This document shows positions 39,734 to 50,252 of a DNA stretch of 64,000 nt, in pieces. This DNA comes from Deferribacterales bacterium (GTDB taxonomy: Bacteria; Chrysiogenota; Deferribacteres; Deferribacterales; Geovibrionaceae). The notes beneath the pieces were generated by a model. The model worked only from the letters and a program-made list of their open reading frames with translations. It was not told the DNA's origin and did no database searches. Location of the stretch: assembly GCA_050251945.1 (NCBI GenBank), contig JBFWLW010000001.1:569107-633106 (forward strand), written 5' to 3'. The stretch's first letter is position 1. Each line of letters starts with the position of its first letter. Made by a program: the position numbers and the translations under genes.

Positions 39734-40170
39734 TGCAGCCGTTCAGCTTTAATCTGAAAGATAAGGACGTGCTGTTCATCGGCGGCGGCAAGGTCGCACA
39801 GCGCAAGCTGAAAGCATTGCTGAAAGAAAACTGCCGCATAACCGTAATCGCTGAAGAGGTGACGCAGGATATATCCGAAAGCGGTGCGAATGTTATTCTG
39901 CGCGGGTTTAAAGATTCTGATATAACAGAAAAATATGCTTTTGTTTTCTGCTGTACGAACGACAGACAGGTTAATAGTAAGGCGGCTGACATATCAAAAA
40001 AACTGCGGATTCCCGCCAATATTGCCGACGACCCCGAGGCTTCGGATTTTCATACAACGTCTGTGATCCGATCCGGTGATTTCGTCATTTCTATATCAAC
40101 CGAAGGGAAAAACCCGTCAAAAACAAAAAAAATGCGCGAAAAACTCGAAAACCTCCTAAAAAACATATAA
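39733..40170 (+). CDS. Precorrin-2 dehydrogenase (SirC/CysG N-terminal type)
   Basis: IGGGKVAQRK, NIADDP..DF, ISTEGKNP; TGATG coupling to cbiB. Confidence 0.85.
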   Translation: MQPFSFNLKDKDVLFIGGGKVAQRKLKALLKENCRITVIAEEVTQDISESGANVILRGFKDSDITEKYAFVFCCTNDRQVNSKAADISKKLRIPANIADDPEASDFHTTSVIRSGDFVISISTEGKNPSKTKKMREKLENLLKNI

Positions 40171-40207
40171 TCATTTGACAATATTATCTTTGAAATAATA
40201 GTTTTAA

Positions 40208-40762
40208 ATGGTAATATGTCTCATGAAACTGTTATATTTTCCCGGAGTACAATCTATTCTGGCTGACGACTATGAATATGCACAAAGCTATAAGCTTGTG
40301 CACCTGATGCAGATATGCGACTGCGACATCTTCGATTACCGCAATTTTGACGCTCAGAAGAGCATAAAACTGGTAAAAGAGTATGACGTGCTGTTCGGTT
40401 CATCATTCGGCGGCTATTTCGCATTTAACATGGCTGTCATCACCGGACAAAAATGCATAAGCGTTAACCCGTCTCTCTATCTGGACAAACGGTTCGCCAT
40501 GCTTATGGAAAAATATCCGAACAAGCTCAGCTTCATAAAACCTGCCCAGCTTGAAGCCATTAAAACAGAACCGCTGAAAAACACGCATCCGAACATCCAT
40601 ATTCTCATAAACACGGACGATGAAGTGTTGGATGCCGAGAAGATCGTCGGTATAGCTGAAAAATTCGGATGTAACATCTACAGATACGAAAAAGGCGGAC
40701 ATGAAAGCAGTAACTTCATCGGCGAGATGCTGCCGACTATAAAGCAGATTCTCTCCGAGTGA
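40208..40762 (+). CDS. YqiA/YcfP-like alpha/beta hydrolase
   Basis: GSSFGG, VNP, DEVLD, GGH. Confidence 0.8.
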   Translation: MVICLMKLLYFPGVQSILADDYEYAQSYKLVHLMQICDCDIFDYRNFDAQKSIKLVKEYDVLFGSSFGGYFAFNMAVITGQKCISVNPSLYLDKRFAMLMEKYPNKLSFIKPAQLEAIKTEPLKNTHPNIHILINTDDEVLDAEKIVGIAEKFGCNIYRYEKGGHESSNFIGEMLPTIKQILSE

Positions 40763-42089
40763 CCAGATAAACCGCTAAGTCTCTAAATTTATACAATCTT
40801 TCTGCGCCGAAAATCCCGGTTTTCTTATTGACTATCTCAACATAATCCCCATCCGCAGGACGCTTATCCAGATAGCTGTCGAAATAGAAATGCATCGCAG
40901 CGACATCGTTTGGATTGGTTATCTCGCTCTTTGCCGCAACAACAGGTATTCCCCTCTCTGCAGCTACTTTTTTTGCAAACAGAAGCGCATCATAAGTCGT
41001 GGGTTTCGTCACAGGCGGCAGAAAAGCATAGAGCGCCAGCAGAAAAACCACGGCAGCGCGCACCCATTGCGACAGTCCGCGTCTGACAACAGATATAAAC
41101 CCGTATGCCGCAAAGATACTGGCAAACAGATAAAATTCGTAAAGATATCTGTGCTCTTTTGTCCTGGCAAAGTGGATGACAACAAAAAAGACGGCAGTTG
41201 TAACAAGCATATATTTTATCTGTTCCGTCACTTTTCTGTTTCTGAAAAGCCTGTATATGCCGTATATCAGAAAGGGGGTAAAATAGATGCCGTGCAGGAA
41301 CATATATTTAAGATATTGCCAAATAGGACGGTCAATATAGTATCTTTTCTGCGAACCTTCTATACCGAATCTTGCAAAATTCTGATCAAGGAAATAATGC
41401 TCATAAAAATAAGGATTTTTTATCAGAACGTATGTATACCACCACGCATATACCGGAATGGAAACGATCAACATCAGAATAAGGTCAACTATATATCTTT
41501 TTCTGTTGATGCCTTTGCCGAAGAAAATGAACGGTATGGCTGTGATGAGGGGCGTATAGCCAATCGGTCCTTTGGTAAATACCGCAAGACCCATAAAAAG
41601 ACCAGCCGCAACGGCATAAAGTCTGTTCTGCTGTTTGATATAAAACACCATAAACATAACAGAGGCGATGATAAAGAAAGAGACAAGCGCCTCCATCTTA
41701 AGCATCTGCGTATTTTTATAAACCACATATGAAAAGAAGAACATCATAGGCGCCGCAACAGCCATGTCTTCATCGTCGAAAAGCTTTTTTGCGATAGTGT
41801 AAAGCACCCAAGCGATCCCGGCAACAGCAACGATCACAGCTATCTTTGCACCGAAAACGGTTGCTCCGAAAACTTTTATGAAAAGTGCATTCAGCCAGAA
41901 AAAGAGCGGCGGCTTGTTCATATAAAGGTCGCCGTTAAGGGTAAGTATAAGCGGATTATCGCCTGTAAGAACGTTTTTTGAAATAGAAGCGTAGTTTATG
42001 CTGTCGCCGCGCAGGTCGCCATCGCCTACCCTGCCCGCAAATAGAACCACAAAGAAAAGAACGGTCCAGTTTCTTACACTGCTAAACAT
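40737..42089 (-). CDS. ArnT/GT39-like membrane glycosyltransferase
   Basis: KPPLFFWL, TKGP, multiple TM helices. Confidence 0.85.
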   Translation of the reverse strand: MFSSVRNWTVLFFVVLFAGRVGDGDLRGDSINYASISKNVLTGDNPLILTLNGDLYMNKPPLFFWLNALFIKVFGATVFGAKIAVIVAVAGIAWVLYTIAKKLFDDEDMAVAAPMMFFFSYVVYKNTQMLKMEALVSFFIIASVMFMVFYIKQQNRLYAVAAGLFMGLAVFTKGPIGYTPLITAIPFIFFGKGINRKRYIVDLILMLIVSIPVYAWWYTYVLIKNPYFYEHYFLDQNFARFGIEGSQKRYYIDRPIWQYLKYMFLHGIYFTPFLIYGIYRLFRNRKVTEQIKYMLVTTAVFFVVIHFARTKEHRYLYEFYLFASIFAAYGFISVVRRGLSQWVRAAVVFLLALYAFLPPVTKPTTYDALLFAKKVAAERGIPVVAAKSEITNPNDVAAMHFYFDSYLDKRPADGDYVEIVNKKTGIFGAERLYKFRDLAVYLVTRRESAL

Positions 42090-42194
42090 TTACCTCTCCG
42101 GTTCAGACTAACAAATTTATAAATGGAGAAAGTGGAAATGACAAGTCAATTTATTATTTTGCATCCGGCTGTAAATCTGCTATTGTTGTTTTCT

Positions 42195-43100
42195 ATGGAC
42201 TCATTAGTATTGCTTATTTTCTGCTTCTTGTTCGGCATGGTTGCGAGGAAGCTGGAGCTTCTGCCCTCTTCCACGCCCATAGTGCTGAATAATTTCATAA
42301 TCAACCTCTCAATGCCCGCGATAACCTTCCTTTTCATTCACAGGATGGAGTTCGATACATCGCTTCTGTTTCCGGTATTTATGCCGTGGATACACTTTGC
42401 GCTGGCGTTCGGCATTTTTTACATGATCGCGAAATGGAAAAAATATGACCGCAAAATGACAGGAACAATGATACTTACGGCGGGTCTTGGCAACACTTCG
42501 TTCGTTGGGTTTCCGCTGATAACGGCATACTACGGAGCGGAATATCTGGGCGTTGGCGTTCTCTGCGACCAGCCCGGCAGCTTCCTTGTTCTTTCGACTC
42601 TGGGCATAGCCACGGCGGCATATTACTCATCCGGCTCAGTAAGTCCTTTAGGACTTCTCAAAAAAGTATTTACTTTCCCGCCGTTTCAGGCAATGCTTCT
42701 TGCCGTTCTTCTTCGTTCGTTTGAAATTCCGTGGTGGGCGGAATCTTCGATGAAGACACTGGGACTGACCATAACCCCGCTTGCAATGGTCTCCGTCGGC
42801 TATCAGCTTAAGCTGGTGAAATCCGGCGGAATAATAAATAAATTATTTTTTGGTCTCGGCTATAAACTTTTTCTCGCTCCGGCTTTCTTCTATGTGCTGT
42901 ATGTTTTGATACTGGGCGGTGCTGGGAAAAATATGCAGGTGACATTGTTTGAATCAGCGATGGCGCCTATGATAACAGCCGGAATAGTATCTATTCAATA
43001 CGGACTTGACGAAGATCTGGCGGTGATGATGCTTGGGGTGGGGATACCCCTTTCGCTTCTGACCACGCCGATATGGTATTATTTGTTTTCAGGGGTATAA
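42195..43100 (+). CDS. AEC (auxin efflux carrier) family transporter
   Basis: GNTSFVGFP, FPPF, TPLAM..VG. Confidence 0.85.
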   Translation: MDSLVLLIFCFLFGMVARKLELLPSSTPIVLNNFIINLSMPAITFLFIHRMEFDTSLLFPVFMPWIHFALAFGIFYMIAKWKKYDRKMTGTMILTAGLGNTSFVGFPLITAYYGAEYLGVGVLCDQPGSFLVLSTLGIATAAYYSSGSVSPLGLLKKVFTFPPFQAMLLAVLLRSFEIPWWAESSMKTLGLTITPLAMVSVGYQLKLVKSGGIINKLFFGLGYKLFLAPAFFYVLYVLILGGAGKNMQVTLFESAMAPMITAGIVSIQYGLDEDLAVMMLGVGIPLSLLTTPIWYYLFSGV

Positions 43101-43786
43101 TGATGATCGACATCCGCAAGGTCGATGTGACCTATGAGGACGGAAACAAGGGACTTTCCAACATTGAACTTCAGATTGACAAGGGTGAACTGGTTTATGT
43201 AACCGGCAGCAGCGGCGCGGGTAAATCCACACTGCTGAGGCTTATGTATGCAGACATCATACCTTCCCGCGGCATAGTTAAGCTTGAGGGACAGGATATC
43301 GGCGGAATGAACCACAACAGCAAGGCGTTTCTGCGACGCAACGTCGGCGTTATCTTTCAGGATTTCAAACTGCTGGAAGATGCGACCGTATATGAGAACC
43401 TTGTTCTTCCGCTTGAAATATTCTATCTCGGCAAAAACATAATAGAACCGAAGATACATCATATCCTTAAAGCACTGGATATTTTCCAGCACAGGGATTC
43501 CGACGTCAAAAAACTTTCCGGCGGTGAAAAGCAGCGTGTGGCAGTTGCGCGCGCACTTCTGAACGACCCGCTGATAGTGGTTGCAGACGAACCCACTGGA
43601 AGCCTCGACCCGAAAAACGCTGACAAAATAATGGACATGCTTCTGCACAAATCAGCCAAAGGCACCACCATACTTATTGCCACACACGACCAGAGGATAA
43701 TCAGCGAATATCCGGGACGTGTGATACATCTTGACGGCGGAAAGCTCGCTTTCGACAGCAAAACACAAGGAAACGCCGATGTATGA
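43100..43786 (+). CDS. ftsE: Cell division ATP-binding protein FtsE
   Basis: GSSGAGKST, FQDFKLL, LSGGEKQRV; upstream of ftsX-envC. Confidence 0.88.
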   Translation: MMIDIRKVDVTYEDGNKGLSNIELQIDKGELVYVTGSSGAGKSTLLRLMYADIIPSRGIVKLEGQDIGGMNHNSKAFLRRNVGVIFQDFKLLEDATVYENLVLPLEIFYLGKNIIEPKIHHILKALDIFQHRDSDVKKLSGGEKQRVAVARALLNDPLIVVADEPTGSLDPKNADKIMDMLLHKSAKGTTILIATHDQRIISEYPGRVIHLDGGKLAFDSKTQGNADV

Positions 43787-44669
43787 ACAATATAAATTCG
43801 CATTTATAAAAGGCTGGGGGATGTTTCGCAAAGACCTGAAACACAGCGTCCCGTCCATACTGACACTCGGCACACTGCTGTTTCTCTATTTCGCAGTGTT
43901 CACCGTAAACTCTTCCGTTTCAAAAGCGATTGGAAGCGTCACAGACAGCAGACTTGTGCGCGTTTTCATACAGGACGATGCTGAACCGAAAGAGGTCAAA
44001 GCCAAACTGAACGAGCTTAAAATCGACGGAGACGTGGTCTATTTCAACAGAAGCGATGCAAAAGAACGTGTGCTGGAGATAGCTCCAAACGCTGAAAACC
44101 TCAAAGAACTTCCCGAAGAACTTTTTCCCCGTTTTTTCGAGGTCAAAACAGTTATCGCGGAGGACAACGATGCAGAGATCATCTCTCTCTCAGACAATAT
44201 AACAAAGATCGACGGTGTACAGTCGGTGGAATCCGGCAGGAAGCAGAACGAAAAGATGCAGAGGATAAAAAGCATCTCAGGAGTGTTCGTACTGACGCTC
44301 ACTCTGCTGACAGGCATCTCCTGCGCATTCATAGTATTCAACAACATCAGGCTCAGCCTCTACAGGCACCACAGATCCATCATGGTATACACTCTCGTCG
44401 GAGCCACCAGAAGATTCATCACACTGCCCTACGTCGTTTCATCAAAGTTTGAGGCAACGTGCGCTTTCGCTCTGGCGTGGTTTCTCAATAAAATATTCGT
44501 AGGATTTGCCGGAAATCATATCTTACAGGATTCTTTCTTTGTGCTGACAACACCGGGGATGTGGCACAACATTATATTATATGTCGTTCTGATGTCCCTT
44601 TCGGGCGTCTCTGCAATATACAGCGTCGTGACATTCCTTATGAAACAGAAGAGTATAAATGAAATATAG
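43779..44669 (+). CDS. ftsX: Cell division permease FtsX
   Basis: NNIRL..LVGAT..FI..P; operon context. Confidence 0.82.
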   Translation: MYEQYKFAFIKGWGMFRKDLKHSVPSILTLGTLLFLYFAVFTVNSSVSKAIGSVTDSRLVRVFIQDDAEPKEVKAKLNELKIDGDVVYFNRSDAKERVLEIAPNAENLKELPEELFPRFFEVKTVIAEDNDAEIISLSDNITKIDGVQSVESGRKQNEKMQRIKSISGVFVLTLTLLTGISCAFIVFNNIRLSLYRHHRSIMVYTLVGATRRFITLPYVVSSKFEATCAFALAWFLNKIFVGFAGNHILQDSFFVLTTPGMWHNIILYVVLMSLSGVSAIYSVVTFLMKQKSINEI

Positions 44670-45795
44670 CGTCCTTCTGATATCGCTTTTTGTATGTTTC
44701 AGCGCGTTTGCGGCAAAACAGGATAAGCTGTCCACCATAAGACAGCAGATATCCAAACAGAACCAGTCTGTCAAACAGGCGGCTGAAGAGAAAAAGAAGA
44801 TGGCTGAAAAGCTGGAACAGGCGCAGGAAAACCTGCAAAAACAGCAGAGCGCCGTGCGGCGGATGAATCTTAAATACTCTTCAATTAAGTCTGAACATCG
44901 GAAACTCGTTGCAAAAAGTAAAAAACTCGAACGTAAACACGCAGAACTTATAAAAACCATAAAAGCGGCAAACAAATATATGGTTTCCTCCGGCGAATAC
45001 GACATGCTGGAAGCGGTTATAATGTCAGACAGCGCAAAGGACGCGGCGGCGATGAGCCAGATAATAGGTGCGGTCAATTCAAAGCTTTACGATTCCGTAC
45101 AGGAGCTTAAGCGCACCAAGGAAGAAATTATAGATAACGCCGCAGAACTTGAGACAAAAAGAAAAAATATGGCAAAGGCGGTTGCAGAAAAAAAATCCGC
45201 CCTTGACGAATATAAAAAGAAAAAACAGAATACAGACAGGATGTACCGTGATGCAGTAAAGGACGAGAAGGTACATAAAGAGTACCTTTCACGTCTTCGT
45301 AAACGCGAAAAAGCATTACAGGCACAGCTTGCCAAGATAAAGAGAGATTTCGCAAAATCTGCACCCGTAAGCTTTAAGGGTCTGTCCTCGGAATTCGGCA
45401 GACAGAAAGGAAAGCTCATCTGGCCCGTACACGGACACGTTATCGAAAAATTCGGCGTGAAGACCGTTGAAGGGTTTAAGGGTGTGATACTGAAAAAAGG
45501 GATAAAGATCGTTCCATCATCAAACTCCGTTAAAGCGGTGTATGACGGAGTTGTTATACACAGGGACAACGCGTGGGGACTGGGTAATTTCCTCATTGTT
45601 GCGCACCCGTCCGGTTTTTACAGTCTGTATGCAAATATGGACGCAATAAACGTGTCAAAGAATGAAAAAGTGAAAACAGGGCAAAATCTTGGAACAATAG
45701 ATATTGACCATGAAACGAATACACCGTATCTTTACTTTGAAATACGCATACATGACAAGGCGGTCGACCCGTTGGAATGGCTCGCCTCTTCTTGA
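44659..45795 (+). CDS. envC: Murein hydrolase activator EnvC
   Basis: Coiled coil plus degenerate M23 domain (WPV.G, KGI.I, SLYA, LYFEIR). Confidence 0.85.
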   Translation: MKYSVLLISLFVCFSAFAAKQDKLSTIRQQISKQNQSVKQAAEEKKKMAEKLEQAQENLQKQQSAVRRMNLKYSSIKSEHRKLVAKSKKLERKHAELIKTIKAANKYMVSSGEYDMLEAVIMSDSAKDAAAMSQIIGAVNSKLYDSVQELKRTKEEIIDNAAELETKRKNMAKAVAEKKSALDEYKKKKQNTDRMYRDAVKDEKVHKEYLSRLRKREKALQAQLAKIKRDFAKSAPVSFKGLSSEFGRQKGKLIWPVHGHVIEKFGVKTVEGFKGVILKKGIKIVPSSNSVKAVYDGVVIHRDNAWGLGNFLIVAHPSGFYSLYANMDAINVSKNEKVKTGQNLGTIDIDHETNTPYLYFEIRIHDKAVDPLEWLASS

Positions 45796-45814
45796 TACAT
45801 TTTAGGAGATACAA

Positions 45815-47080
45815 ATGAGATTCAAATTCAGATTTCTTCCGTTTCTGACACTTCTGCTGACAATCGCACTCATCGTTACCTCTGTGGCGCTCTTCCGCTC
45901 CCAGAATGTATACGCGGCGAAACAGGATAAGTATCAGAATCTTGACATATTCACACAGGCTCTCTATCTGATAGAGAACAACTATGTCGAACCTGTTGAC
46001 GACAAGAAGATAATCTACGGTGCCATAAAGGGTATGACGCAGGAACTTGACCCCCACTCCGCTTTCATGGATCCCAAAACACTTAACGAGTTTGAAGTGG
46101 AAACACAGGGCGAGTTCGGCGGACTGGGTATCACCATCGGTATGAAGGACAAGATACTTACGGTAATAGCACCCCTTGAAGACACTCCCGCATTCAGAAA
46201 AGGCATCAAAGCAGGCGACCAGATAATCAAAATTGACGGGAAAAGCACCATGGATATCACCATTGACGACGCGGTAAGCAAAATGCGCGGCAAAGAGGGT
46301 ACCGAGGTCACAATCACCATTGTGCGGAAGAACGTTGATAAACCTTTTGACGTTAAACTCAAGAGAGCCATCATTAAAATAAAATCCGTCAAATACGCTA
46401 TGATAGACAAGAACATCGGATACATCAGACTTATCCAGTTCAGCAACGATATATCCGGTCAGCTTGAGGAAGCCCTTCGCGCTGTGGACAAAGAGGGCGC
46501 GAAATCATACATACTCGACCTGAGAAACAACCCCGGCGGGCTTCTTACCGAGGCGATCAAAGTTTCCAGCGTGTTCCTGCCAAACGATCAGATAGTGGTA
46601 TACACAATGGACAGAGCGCAGAAAAGACAGGATTACAAATCCACTTCATATTTCAATAAAGAGCTTAAAAAGCCTATCGTCCTGCTTGTTAACGAAGGCA
46701 GCGCATCTGCCGCAGAGATACTTACGGGAGCACTTCAGGACTATAACAGAGCAGTTGTCGTCGGTGCGAAGACCTACGGAAAAGCTTCCGTACAGAATGT
46801 CATCCACCTTTCAGACGGCTCAGGCATCAAGCTTACAACTGCCAAATACTTCACTCCTAAAGGACGTTCAATCCACGGTATCGGTATCGAACCCGACGTG
46901 AAGGTTGAAGCCAAACACGAAGACCCGGCAGAGCATCAGGACAAAAAAGAGGATGAAGAACTGGATAAAGACTTCACCACAAACTCTGCCAAGGCTGATT
47001 TTGACCTTGTCAAAGACGTTCAGCTGAAAACGGCTCTGGACAAGATCAAGGAAATGTCAGGAAATGCAGCAGCTAAATAA
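45815..47080 (+). CDS. ctpA: S41 carboxyl-terminal protease
   Basis: LDPHS, PDZ GGLGI, DLRNNPGG, SASAAEI, TYGKAS. Confidence 0.92.
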   Translation: MRFKFRFLPFLTLLLTIALIVTSVALFRSQNVYAAKQDKYQNLDIFTQALYLIENNYVEPVDDKKIIYGAIKGMTQELDPHSAFMDPKTLNEFEVETQGEFGGLGITIGMKDKILTVIAPLEDTPAFRKGIKAGDQIIKIDGKSTMDITIDDAVSKMRGKEGTEVTITIVRKNVDKPFDVKLKRAIIKIKSVKYAMIDKNIGYIRLIQFSNDISGQLEEALRAVDKEGAKSYILDLRNNPGGLLTEAIKVSSVFLPNDQIVVYTMDRAQKRQDYKSTSYFNKELKKPIVLLVNEGSASAAEILTGALQDYNRAVVVGAKTYGKASVQNVIHLSDGSGIKLTTAKYFTPKGRSIHGIGIEPDVKVEAKHEDPAEHQDKKEDEELDKDFTTNSAKADFDLVKDVQLKTALDKIKEMSGNAAAK

Positions 47081-48293
47081 TTTCAGCCGCAAACCTGAAG
47101 ACAACAACAAAAAAACGGATATAAAAAAGCTCCTCATTGTGGGAGCTTTTGCCGTGGTTGCGGCAATATTCGCCTCCATGGGTATACTGCACTTTCTGCT
47201 GAAAGACGACGCTCCTGCGCCCAAACAGGCAAAAACAGTGCAGGCTCCCGTTAACGCACCCAAAGACATTGCAAAAGACGACAATCCCCACGCCATTGGG
47301 CTGGACAAGCGCGCCGTCATGGACGCAATAGCTCTCTCCCTGTTTGATAACGGGATGGACAACAGCTCTATCAAAGAGACTACGGAAACGCAGGACGGCG
47401 ACGTTCTGAAACTGCATGTAATAATAGATCAGGGCGATGCTAACCTCAAAGAGCTTAAGAACAGTATAGCCGACCGCATTAAAGCAATGAACGTTGAGCC
47501 GGAGGTCGGTAAATCAATCTCCTTTGAAAGCGGCAGCCTTTCAGCTTTAATAGATTTCATTGAAAGAAAAGCCGAAAAATCGGCGACACCCGCGAAAAAA
47601 CCGACCGTTCAGCACAATTACGAAGGTGTGAAGGTTGCATTCGTTATTGACGACTGCGGCTACAGCCTCTCTCTTGCCGAAAAACTGGGCAAGGTGAAAT
47701 ATCCTCTCGCCATGGCAATAATTCCCTACACACCCCACAGTAAAGAATCAGCGGATATCTTCCGTAAGCTCGGCAAATCAGTTTTCCTTCACCAGCCGAT
47801 GGAACCAAAATCATACCCGCAAAACGACCCCGGCAAAGGAGCTATACTCCTCAATATGCCGGAAAGCCTCATAGAGATATCACTTCGCAAGAACGTTGAA
47901 GACCTCGGCGGAAAGATAGACGGTTTCAACAACCACATGGGTTCGGGACTGACAGAAAGCCGCGAAAAGATGCAGCAGGTATTCGGTGTTATGAAACATT
48001 ATACAGATTTCTATGTGGACAGCTACACGTCGCCCAAAACCGTAGCATACGACGAGTGCCGGAAAGAGGGCATGACATGCGCCATAAACAATAAATTCAT
48101 CGACAACGAATCAGACCCCGAATATATCAGAGGCAAGATAATGGACGGCGTTAACCTTGCGAAGGCAAACGGCTCCATAATCATGATAGGTCACCTGCGC
48201 GAAGCAACAGTGAACGTTCTGATTACTATGCTTCCGGAACTGGAGGCAATGGGCGTGGATATTGTACCCGTTAAGGAGCTTGCGGCAAGGTGA
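47064..48293 (+). CDS. Divergent polysaccharide deacetylase family protein
   Basis: VIDDCG, LHQPMEP, NNHMGS, VDS.T, IGH. Confidence 0.88.
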   Translation: MQQLNNFSRKPEDNNKKTDIKKLLIVGAFAVVAAIFASMGILHFLLKDDAPAPKQAKTVQAPVNAPKDIAKDDNPHAIGLDKRAVMDAIALSLFDNGMDNSSIKETTETQDGDVLKLHVIIDQGDANLKELKNSIADRIKAMNVEPEVGKSISFESGSLSALIDFIERKAEKSATPAKKPTVQHNYEGVKVAFVIDDCGYSLSLAEKLGKVKYPLAMAIIPYTPHSKESADIFRKLGKSVFLHQPMEPKSYPQNDPGKGAILLNMPESLIEISLRKNVEDLGGKIDGFNNHMGSGLTESREKMQQVFGVMKHYTDFYVDSYTSPKTVAYDECRKEGMTCAINNKFIDNESDPEYIRGKIMDGVNLAKANGSIIMIGHLREATVNVLITMLPELEAMGVDIVPVKELAAR

Positions 48294-49270
48294 TAATCTT
48301 AGGAATAGAAACCTCCTGCGACGAAACCTCGCTTGCGGTGTTTGACTCGGAAAAAGGGATTCTGGCGAGTTTCACAAACTCCCAGATAGAACTGCACAAT
48401 AAATTCGGCGGAGTTGTGCCTGAGGTTGCGTCGCGCAACCACATACTGAAAATTGAGGAACTCTTCTCCAAATGTATGGAAAAGGCGGAACTCACTCCCC
48501 AAGACCTAGACATAATAGCCGTAACCACAGCCCCCGGGCTTATCGGTGCGCTGTTTGTCGGAGTATCATTCGGAAAGGCTCTGGGCTATACTCTTAAAAT
48601 ACCCGTCATACCCGTTAACCACCTTTCCGCTCATATCCTTGCTGCGGAACTGGAAAATCCGGAACTGAGACCTCCGTACACAGCGCTTATCATCTCCGGC
48701 GGACATACCCACATCTATGACGTTGACGCGGCATACAATTTCGAGCTTCTTGCGAAAACGGTTGATGACGCGGCGGGGGAATCTTTCGATAAGGTCGCAA
48801 AGATGATGGAACTCGGATATCCCGGCGGTCCGCTCATTGAGGCGTTGGCAAAGGAAGGCAACGAAAAGGCTGTGAATTTTCCGATAGCCATGCGCAAAGA
48901 GAACAACTATTCATTCAGCGGACTTAAAACCGCCGTGATGAACAAGATAAACGAAAACAGCGTATCACACGCCGACATAGCGGCGTCTTTTCAGAGGACA
49001 GTTGCCGAAACACTCATAATGAAGACACTTCGCGTTGCGAAGGAAACAGGCAGAAAGAACGTAGTGGTTGCGGGCGGCGTTGCCTGCAACGGATACATCC
49101 GTCAGACTTTCGCGCAGCAGAAAGGCTTTAACGTATATTTTCCGTCTAAAAAACTCTGCACCGACAACGGGGATATGATAGCCTTCGCCGCATACAGATT
49201 TTTCAAACACAGGAAATTTTCATCACTCTTAGAAACGGCACATGACAGAGCACAGCACATCAACAAATAA
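48290..49270 (+). CDS. tsaD: tRNA N6-adenosine threonylcarbamoyltransferase
   Basis: GIETSCDET, GGVVPE, NHLSAH, SGGHT, SFSGLKT, TDN. Confidence 0.95.
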   Translation: MIILGIETSCDETSLAVFDSEKGILASFTNSQIELHNKFGGVVPEVASRNHILKIEELFSKCMEKAELTPQDLDIIAVTTAPGLIGALFVGVSFGKALGYTLKIPVIPVNHLSAHILAAELENPELRPPYTALIISGGHTHIYDVDAAYNFELLAKTVDDAAGESFDKVAKMMELGYPGGPLIEALAKEGNEKAVNFPIAMRKENNYSFSGLKTAVMNKINENSVSHADIAASFQRTVAETLIMKTLRVAKETGRKNVVVAGGVACNGYIRQTFAQQKGFNVYFPSKKLCTDNGDMIAFAAYRFFKHRKFSSLLETAHDRAQHINK

Positions 49271-50252
49271 CTACCTTGAAATGCTTAAAAACAGACCCAT
49301 GTTCGGAGCGCCGCTGGCTGGGGTTTCTACGCCATCTTTCCGTAAAGTCGTGCGTCTGTTCAACGAAGGGCTTATTTTCACGGAGATGGTCAGCGTTGAA
49401 GGACTGATACGCAAAGGTTCCGGCACCATGGTATTTCTGCGCACAAACGACTGCGACGAACCGCTGGGCGTTCAGCTTTTCGGCAGTAAACACGAAAGCT
49501 ATGCAGATGCCGTAAAGGTTGTGCTTGGCACCATAACTCCTGCTGTGATTGACATCAACATGGGATGCCCCGTAAAAAAAGTGATAAAGACCAACAGCGG
49601 CGCGGCGATGCTTCGCGACGAATTGAACATTGCCAAAGTGGTTCGCGCGGCAAGATCGGCATGTGAGACAGTCCCTCTTTCAATCAAAATACGTCTCGGC
49701 TGGGACGCCAATTCCATCAACTATAACGAAATAATAAGAATAGCATACGAAGAGGGTGCGTCAGCCGTAACACTGCACGGTCGCACAAAGGCGGAAGGAT
49801 TCGGCGGACAGGTTCATTACGACATGATAACCGACGCTAAATCACGCGCAAAGCTCCCCATTATAGGCAACGGCGACATCGTAGACATGGAAACTTACAG
49901 CAATATGCTTAAAACCGGCGTTGACGGTGTTATGATAGGGCGCGGGATGATGAAACAGCCATGGATATTCAAGGCGCTTGCCGACGGCAAAGATCCCGAC
50001 GGCTTCCTTGAGACCGCCAAACTGAAAGACCTCATTTTCACCATCATGGATTACGAAATGCAGAACGCCAGAGGAAGCAGATACCTCGACGTTTCAAAGA
50101 AATATATTGTCTGGCTGATGAAAGGACTGCCCGGCGCGGCATCACTGCGCTACAGCGTGTACGAATGCGGCGACAGGCAGAAACTTGACGATATGCTTGA
50201 AAATTATTTCAGCAGTATAAAAGATATTCCGACAGATCAGAGTTCAGAATAG
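49242..50252 (+). CDS. dusB: tRNA-dihydrouridine synthase (DusB-like)
   Basis: APLAG, DINMGCP, LHGRT, GNGDI, GVMIGRG. Confidence 0.9.
   Translation: MTEHSTSTNNYLEMLKNRPMFGAPLAGVSTPSFRKVVRLFNEGLIFTEMVSVEGLIRKGSGTMVFLRTNDCDEPLGVQLFGSKHESYADAVKVVLGTITPAVIDINMGCPVKKVIKTNSGAAMLRDELNIAKVVRAARSACETVPLSIKIRLGWDANSINYNEIIRIAYEEGASAVTLHGRTKAEGFGGQVHYDMITDAKSRAKLPIIGNGDIVDMETYSNMLKTGVDGVMIGRGMMKQPWIFKALADGKDPDGFLETAKLKDLIFTIMDYEMQNARGSRYLDVSKKYIVWLMKGLPGAASLRYSVYECGDRQKLDDMLENYFSSIKDIPTDQSSE

Noticed and set aside
50209..50252. Convergent 3' overlaps (dusB/ATP-grasp; also 40737-40762)
   Set aside because: Short convergent overlaps are common in compact genomes
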